From the NCBI GenBank assembly GCA_963707025.1, contig CAVPOM010000007.1, positions 160,001 through 224,000 of the forward strand: DNA of 64,000 nt, written 5' to 3'. The notes beneath the pieces were generated by a model. It made no database searches and had not been told where the DNA came from. It saw only the letters and a program-made list of their open reading frames with translations. A program made the translations under genes and the position numbers. Within the stretch, counting starts at the first letter, position 1. Every line of letters starts with the position of its first letter. Below are positions 58,617-64,000 of the stretch, one piece after another. The DNA is from an uncultured Verrucomicrobiae bacterium (GTDB lineage: Bacteria; Verrucomicrobiota; Verrucomicrobiia; Limisphaerales; Palsa-1400).

Positions 58617-61240
58617 GAATTCTTGCGCGGCGCGCGGCGCCGTTTTTTCTGGCGGCGGGCATGACGGCGCTCATGGCGGCTGACTTGCCCGGCTTGCGCC
58701 CCGACGGCTCGGTGCTTCTGCCCAACCAATGGTCGTTGCGCCCGGCGGGAAAGCAAATTGCGCTGGGGGATTTCCCGGTCAATATCGCGTTGCATCCGGC
58801 GGGGCGGTTCGCGGCGGTGTTGCATAGCGGCCATGGACGCCATGAAATCATCGTCGTGGACGCGGGCCGGTTCACGGAGGAGGTGCAATCCGGCCATGGA
58901 AAAAATGATCTTGTTGTCAAGGCGCCTGTTGAGAACAAGATGGTTTCGCGCACGCCGGTTCGGGAGTCTTTCTATGGGCTGGCCTTTTCGCCCGACGGCC
59001 GCCAGCTTTTCTGCAGCGGGGCCGGGGACGAAGTCATCCATGTTTTTGCTTTTAAGGAAGGCCAATTGGCGGCGCAGCCGGACATCCGCCTGCGCGCCGC
59101 GGCCGTGCGCGGCATCCCCTGCGGCCTGGCGGTGTCGCGGGATGGCCGCGAGCTTTTTGCCGCCAATGTGTGGGGCCAGTCGGTTTCACGGGTGGAGGTG
59201 GCTGGGCGGACCAACCTGGGGGACATTTTTTTCACGGCGGGCGGCCCAACGCAGGAAAAAGTAGTTGACATCAACCAGCCCGCCGTGCCGGAGGAGCAGG
59301 CCATGCTGACCAAGCGGGCGGAAGCGCCGCTGGACCCGGCCGGGCCGGACGCGCCTTTTCCCTACGCCTGCCAGTTGGATGAAAAGGCGGGGCGTCTTTA
59401 TGTGAGTTTGTGGGCGCAAGCGTGCGTGGCGGTGGTGGATTTGAAGTCGTTCCAGGTCGTGGCCCGGTGGGCGACGCAGGAGCATCCCAACGAAATGGCG
59501 CTGACGAAATCGGGCCGCTTCCTCTTCGTGGCCAACGCCAATCGCAACACCGTCACGGTCCTGGACACCGCGACCGGCCGGCCCGCGGAAACCCTGGATG
59601 CCTCGCTCTCGCCCTCCGGCCTGCCGGGCTCGACGCCCAACAGCCTGGCGCTTTCCCCCGACGGGACAAAACTGTTCGTGGCCAACGCCTGCAACAACAA
59701 CGTGGCCGTGTTCGAGGTCGGCGCCATCGGCCATTCCCGCGCCCTGGGGTTCATCCCGGTGGGATGGTATCCCACGGCGGTGCGCGTCACCCCGGATGGG
59801 CGGCGCCTGCTGGTGGCCAACGGCAAGGGGTTGACCTCCCTGGCCAATCCCAAAGGGCCGCAGCCGGGCATAAGAAGCGAATCCGGCCCGCAGTACATCG
59901 CAGAATTATTTCCCGGCGCGTTGAGCCTCATTGACCTGCCTGTGGGCGGGGACTGGCACGGGAAACTGGCCGCCTGGACCGCGCAGTGCTATCAATGCGC
60001 GCCCCAACCCGGTCTTGCCGCCGCCGCGGTCGCGGCGGACAACCCGGTGCCCGTGGCGGCGGGCCGGCCCAGCCCGATCCAGTATTGCATTTACATCATC
60101 AAGGAAAACCGCACTTACGACCAGTTTCTGGGCGATCTTCCCCAGGGCAACGGGGACCCGGCCCTTTGCCTTTTTCCAAAAAAGGTCACGCCCAACCATC
60201 ACAAGCTGGCCGCCGACTTTGTGCTGCTGGACAATTTTTATGTGGATGCCGAAGTCAGCGCCGACGGCCACGAATGGTCCATGGGAGCCTATGCCAGCGA
60301 CTTTGTGGAGAAGACCTGGCCGGTGAATTACGGGCATAACCGGAGCCGAAAATACCCCTACCCCTCGGAAGGCGGATTTGCCGTGGCCGCGCCCGCCAGC
60401 GGATATATCTGGGACCGGGCGCGCGAGGCGGGCGTGAGTTACCGCAGCTACGGCGAATTCGTCATCGCCGGCAAAAAGGCGGGGGAGCCGAACGGGACGA
60501 GGCTGGCCACGCTGCAAGGGCATATTGATCCGGAGTACCATGGATTTGACATGGGCTATCCTGACGCCAGGCGGGCGGACCGCTTCATCGCCGAACTGCA
60601 TCGTTTTGAAACGGAGGGGGACATGCCGCGCCTGCAAATCGTGCGGCTGCCCGACGACCACACCGCCGGGACGCAGCCCGGCGCCCCGACTCCGGCCGCC
60701 TGCATGGCGGACAACGATCTGGCCCTGGGCCGGGTGGTGGAAGCGGTCAGCCATTCCAAGTTCTGGCCGCAGACGGCGATTTTTGTGCTGGAGGACGACG
60801 CCCAGAACGGGCCGGATCATGTGGACGCCCACCGCAGCCCGGCCTTCGTCATCAGCCCGTATGTGCGGCGGGGCGCGGTGGATTCGACGATGTATTCGAC
60901 CAGCAGCATGTTGCGCACCATGGAGTTGATCCTGGGCCTCAAACCGATGACGCAATTTGACGCGGCGGCCCATCCGATGTTCCAGGCGTTTCAGGCCGCG
61001 CCCGATTTGCGGCCTTACGAGGCGCTGCCCGCAGGGGTGAATTTGAACGAGCGCAACACCCCCGTGGCCTGGGGCAGCGAGGCTTCGCAGAAAATGGATT
61101 TCAGCCGCGAGGACGCGGCGGACGAAACGGCGCTCAATGAAATCATCTGGCGTTCCGTGCGCGGGGCGACCCAGCCGATGCCTGCGCCTGTTCATGCCGC
61201 CTTTGTCTTTGCGCGCCCCCAGGCGGAAGATGATGACTGA
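58613..61240 (+). CDS. YncE/YVTN beta-propeller + phosphoesterase fusion, secreted
   Basis: Propeller repeats (LALSPDG, GFIPVGWYPT); IIKENRTYD, SADGHEW, PDDHT, EDDAQNGPDHVDAHRS; ATGA overlap with ltaE. Confidence 0.88.
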   Translation: MRILARRAAPFFLAAGMTALMAADLPGLRPDGSVLLPNQWSLRPAGKQIALGDFPVNIALHPAGRFAAVLHSGHGRHEIIVVDAGRFTEEVQSGHGKNDLVVKAPVENKMVSRTPVRESFYGLAFSPDGRQLFCSGAGDEVIHVFAFKEGQLAAQPDIRLRAAAVRGIPCGLAVSRDGRELFAANVWGQSVSRVEVAGRTNLGDIFFTAGGPTQEKVVDINQPAVPEEQAMLTKRAEAPLDPAGPDAPFPYACQLDEKAGRLYVSLWAQACVAVVDLKSFQVVARWATQEHPNEMALTKSGRFLFVANANRNTVTVLDTATGRPAETLDASLSPSGLPGSTPNSLALSPDGTKLFVANACNNNVAVFEVGAIGHSRALGFIPVGWYPTAVRVTPDGRRLLVANGKGLTSLANPKGPQPGIRSESGPQYIAELFPGALSLIDLPVGGDWHGKLAAWTAQCYQCAPQPGLAAAAVAADNPVPVAAGRPSPIQYCIYIIKENRTYDQFLGDLPQGNGDPALCLFPKKVTPNHHKLAADFVLLDNFYVDAEVSADGHEWSMGAYASDFVEKTWPVNYGHNRSRKYPYPSEGGFAVAAPASGYIWDRAREAGVSYRSYGEFVIAGKKAGEPNGTRLATLQGHIDPEYHGFDMGYPDARRADRFIAELHRFETEGDMPRLQIVRLPDDHTAGTQPGAPTPAACMADNDLALGRVVEAVSHSKFWPQTAIFVLEDDAQNGPDHVDAHRSPAFVISPYVRRGAVDSTMYSTSSMLRTMELILGLKPMTQFDAAAHPMFQAFQAAPDLRPYEALPAGVNLNERNTPVAWGSEASQKMDFSREDAADETALNEIIWRSVRGATQPMPAPVHAAFVFARPQAEDDD

Positions 61241-61280
61241 GCGTCGCGGCGGGCTTATGCCACTTCGTGAGGGGTCGTCT

Positions 61281-61355
61281 CTTAATCTTAATCCTAATCG
61301 TAATCTTAATCTTAATCTTAATCCGATGTGCTGAGAGATTAAGATTACGATTAAG
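61281..61355. repeat. Hexamer array (CTTAAT)x7 followed by an inverted (GATTAA)x3, between convergent genes
   Basis: Read directly (some variant units); can fold into a hairpin. Confidence 0.85.
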
Positions 61356-61401
61356 AATGGGAGAGCGTGCCTCAAAAAAGTGACATGCCCCCCTCGGCGG
61401 C

Positions 61402-61902
61402 TCAGCCGCCGAATTGCAGGCGCGGGTCATCCTTGAGCATCGCTTCCAGATTGGGCCAGCGCACGTCGTTCATGGTGTAGAAGGCGTTGAGATAGACGGA
61501 GACTTCCTCGGCGGGGTACTTGGAAAGAAGCAGGTCCACGGCGGCTTTGAGGTTGGCGTCCTCCACGGCGGCGGGCAGGTTGTCCACCGCGCCGTCCTTG
61601 TGGACGATGGCCAGCTTGTCCAGAAAGTCGGCGAGCATGGGGGTTTTCTGTTTCATCAGCCAATCGCGCAACAGGTTGGCCGCCATCAGTTCCAGGCGGG
61701 GCCGGGAGAGCATGGCGGTCATTTCGGCATGGCGCGCCGCGCGCGGGCGGCGCTCAAAAAAGGCGGGGCGCAATTTGCGCGCCTCGGCCACGGCGCGGAG
61801 GGCGGCGCGGTAGAGTTCCTTGTTGTTTTCGTGGGCGTGTTCCAGGATGCGCAGCGCCAGGGGCGGCGACATGAAACCGAAGAGTTCGTGCGAGCTGAGC
61901 AT
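61402..61902 (-). CDS. Conserved hypothetical protein
   Basis: 166-aa ORF with genome-typical codon use; MLADFLDKLAIVHKDGAVDNLP. Confidence 0.65.
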   Translation of the reverse strand: MLSSHELFGFMSPPLALRILEHAHENNKELYRAALRAVAEARKLRPAFFERRPRAARHAEMTAMLSRPRLELMAANLLRDWLMKQKTPMLADFLDKLAIVHKDGAVDNLPAAVEDANLKAAVDLLLSKYPAEEVSVYLNAFYTMNDVRWPNLEAMLKDDPRLQFGG

Positions 61903-62211
61903 ATCAACCGGACTGGCTTAAGCCAAAAGGGCGGGAACCGCAAGTTTGGGATTTGGGCGATGGCTTTTCAGCGGCGGCAAATCTGCGCCCGAAGGCCAGC
62001 GCGGTTTCACAAATACTGCAGCCGCATGGCACGGTAGATGGATGAATTGCGGGACCAGGTTATGGAGCGCGCCGGGAAAGTCCCCGCGCGCCCGGCGGCA
62101 GCGTTCCAAGGCGCAGCGGACCAGCGCCTGGTTGACCGCGCAGGGCGCGAAGGCGGTTGCCTGGCAAAGGGGATTTTGACAATGGCACGGAGAACGGTTA
62201 GCGTTTTGCAA

Positions 62212-62700
62212 ATGGAACCGTTGCACGCGCCGTGGCGAATTGCCTATATTCTGGGGCCCAAACCGGTCCCCGCCGGCGCCGAGGTTTTCAGCCGCATCGC
62301 CCAATCCCAGGACGACGAAGCCAATTATGTCGTGGTGCGGGAGCGCAGCTGTTACGCGGTGCTCAATCGCTATCCTTACGCGGGCGGGCATTTGCTGGTC
62401 GTTCCCTACAAAAAAACGGCGGACCTGAACGGGCTGACCGACGAGGAGTTGGGCGACTTGATGAAATTGACGCGCCGCTGCCAGAACGCCCTGACGCGGG
62501 TGATGAAACCGGACGGCTTCAACATCGGCTTGAACCTGGGCACGGTGGCGGGGGCGGGCATCACCGATCATGTGCATTTCCACGTCGTGCCGCGCTGGCA
62601 CGGCGACACCAATTTCATGCCGGTGCTGGCCGGCACCACCGTGCTGCCCGAAGCGCTGGCCGAAGTGGCGGCGAAATTGCGCGCCGAACTGGCGCGGTGA
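62212..62700 (+). CDS. HIT-family nucleotide hydrolase/phosphorylase
   Basis: LHAPWRIAYI, LNRYPY, GFNIGLNLG, HVHFHVVPRW. Confidence 0.92.
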   Translation: MEPLHAPWRIAYILGPKPVPAGAEVFSRIAQSQDDEANYVVVRERSCYAVLNRYPYAGGHLLVVPYKKTADLNGLTDEELGDLMKLTRRCQNALTRVMKPDGFNIGLNLGTVAGAGITDHVHFHVVPRWHGDTNFMPVLAGTTVLPEALAEVAAKLRAELAR

Positions 62701-62721
62701 AAGCGAACCGGGATGGAGAAT

Positions 62722-62798
62722 GGGATTAAGATCAGGATTGAGATTAAGATTAGGATTAGGATTAAGATAAAGACTAGGAATGAGATTATTAAGATTAT
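62722..62798. repeat. Hexamer array (GATTAR)n between the HIT gene and phoH
   Basis: gattaagatcaggattgagattaagattaggattaggattaagataaagactagg. Confidence 0.8.
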
Positions 62799-62823
62799 GA
62801 GAGGGGCTGCAACCCGCTGATTC

Positions 62824-63828
62824 ATGCCCACCGAAACCGTGCATTTTGAAAATCCGCGCCTGGCGCAACAACTGTTCAATCACGAGCCGCGCAATCTCCA
62901 GGCCCTGGAGCAGGAGCTGGCCGTCAAGGCGGTGGCGCGCGAAGAGTGGATCAAACTGGAGGGCGCGGCCGAGGACATTGCGCGGGCGCGCGAAATGTTT
63001 CACTTGCTGGAGAAATCCTTGAAGGCGGGCGGCATGGTGCGCAACCGCGAGTTCGCCCAGGCTCTGAGCGTGGTGAAAAATGACGGCGTGGCCGCGCTGC
63101 GCAACCTCCTGGCCGAGCGCATCGTCACGTCCCCGCGCAAGGCGGCCGTCCTGCCCAAAACCATCGGGCAGAAGAAGTACGTGGACGCCATTCGGGCCCA
63201 CGACGTCACCTTCGGCATCGGCCCGGCCGGGACGGGGAAAACGTATCTGGCCATGGCCATGGCCCTGGCCGCCTTGCAGGAGGAACAGGTCGCCCGCATC
63301 ATTTTGACGCGCCCGGCGGTGGAGGCGGGCGAGGCGCTGGGCTTCCTGCCGGGCGACCTCTACGAAAAAATCACCCCCTACCTGCGGCCCTTGCACGACG
63401 CCCTGCACGACATGCTGCCGGCCGAGGAAATCCAAAAACAGATGGAGCGCGGGGTGATCGAAATTGCGCCGCTGGCCTACATGCGCGGGCGCACCCTCAA
63501 CAACGCCTTCATCATCCTGGACGAGGCGCAAAATTCGACGGCGGAACAGATGTATATGTTCTTGACGCGTTTGGGGATGAGCTCCAAGACGGTCATCACC
63601 GGCGACACCACCCAAATTGATTTGCCGCCCCACAAGCAATCCGGCCTGCTCGAAGCCGAGCGCGCCCTGCAAAGCATTGACGGCATCGCCCTGATCGAGT
63701 TTTCCCGCCGCGACATCGTCCGGCATCCCCTGGTCCAGCGCATCATCGCGGCTTACGAGGAACATCGCGGCCGGCGCCGCGCCGCCGCGCCGGAGGCCAG
63801 GCGAACCCGGGCCGGGGGCGAAGCATAG
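62824..63828 (+). CDS. phoH: PhoH-family ATPase (YbeZ-like)
   Basis: GPAGTGKT, RPAVEAGEALGFLPGD, AYMRGRT, DEAQN, RHPLV. Confidence 0.95.
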   Translation: MPTETVHFENPRLAQQLFNHEPRNLQALEQELAVKAVAREEWIKLEGAAEDIARAREMFHLLEKSLKAGGMVRNREFAQALSVVKNDGVAALRNLLAERIVTSPRKAAVLPKTIGQKKYVDAIRAHDVTFGIGPAGTGKTYLAMAMALAALQEEQVARIILTRPAVEAGEALGFLPGDLYEKITPYLRPLHDALHDMLPAEEIQKQMERGVIEIAPLAYMRGRTLNNAFIILDEAQNSTAEQMYMFLTRLGMSSKTVITGDTTQIDLPPHKQSGLLEAERALQSIDGIALIEFSRRDIVRHPLVQRIIAAYEEHRGRRRAAAPEARRTRAGGEA

Positions 63829-63831
63829 ACG

Positions 63832-64000
63832 ATGGCACGCACAAAAATCCCTTCCTCCCGTCCCCCGCCCTGGCTGCAGGTGTGCAGCCGGCAAAAGACC
63901 CGGCGCCTGAATCTGCCGCTGCTGCGCCAAGTGATCCGCCGCCTTTTGCAGGAATGGCCGCCCCGGCGCGGGCCAAGCGGCGCGCAGGGAAGTTTTGGCG
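63832..64000 (+). CDS. ybeY: Probable rRNA maturation RNase YbeY, truncated by the window end
   Basis: ATG 3 nt after the phoH stop; frame open to the end (…SRQKTRRLNLPLLRQVIRRLL…); phoH-ybeY synteny only, catalytic motif not visible. Confidence 0.5.
   Translation, partial: MARTKIPSSRPPPWLQVCSRQKTRRLNLPLLRQVIRRLLQEWPPRRGPSGAQGSFG

Noticed and set aside
61281..62798. Repeat arrays as CRISPR
   Set aside because: Units are 6-10 nt with no unique spacers, and no cas genes are present.

Overview
GC-rich bacterial chromosomal segment, most likely Verrucomicrobiota subdivision 3 (inferred from the lpxC-fabZ fusion, gene content and repeat families; not proven). It holds housekeeping genes (ROK kinase, aroB, mlaEFD, lpxC-fabZ/lpxA, rlmI-like, argG, ltaE, HIT-phoH-ybeY), a sulfate-uptake locus with a divergent Rrf2/CymR-like regulator, scattered secreted carbohydrate-active proteins, a partial ebo cluster and an MglA/MglB GTPase operon with an extra roadblock protein. 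Mobile or accessory material: a complete IS630 inserted at a TA inside a small membrane-protein gene, a complete group II intron whose predicted EBS1 pairs with a repeated GGTCAAAC motif, three toxin-antitoxin pairs plus an orphan antitoxin (one pair sits between duplicated argG 3' ends), a four-helix-bundle gene bracketed by inverted heptamer arrays inside the lipid A operon, REP/MITE-like repeats and many hexamer/heptamer arrays. Six single-base frameshifts (including in aroB and argG) look like sequencing errors. Best candidates for under-described systems: (i) the four-helix-bundle/inverted-microsatellite cassette, (ii) a translationally coupled pair of thymidylate-kinase-like proteins, one with a GRS P-loop, (iii) the three-gene Mgl/roadblock module, (iv) repeat-targeting by the group II intron. 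No rRNA, tRNA or CRISPR array was seen. All family assignments come from motif recognition, not database searches.
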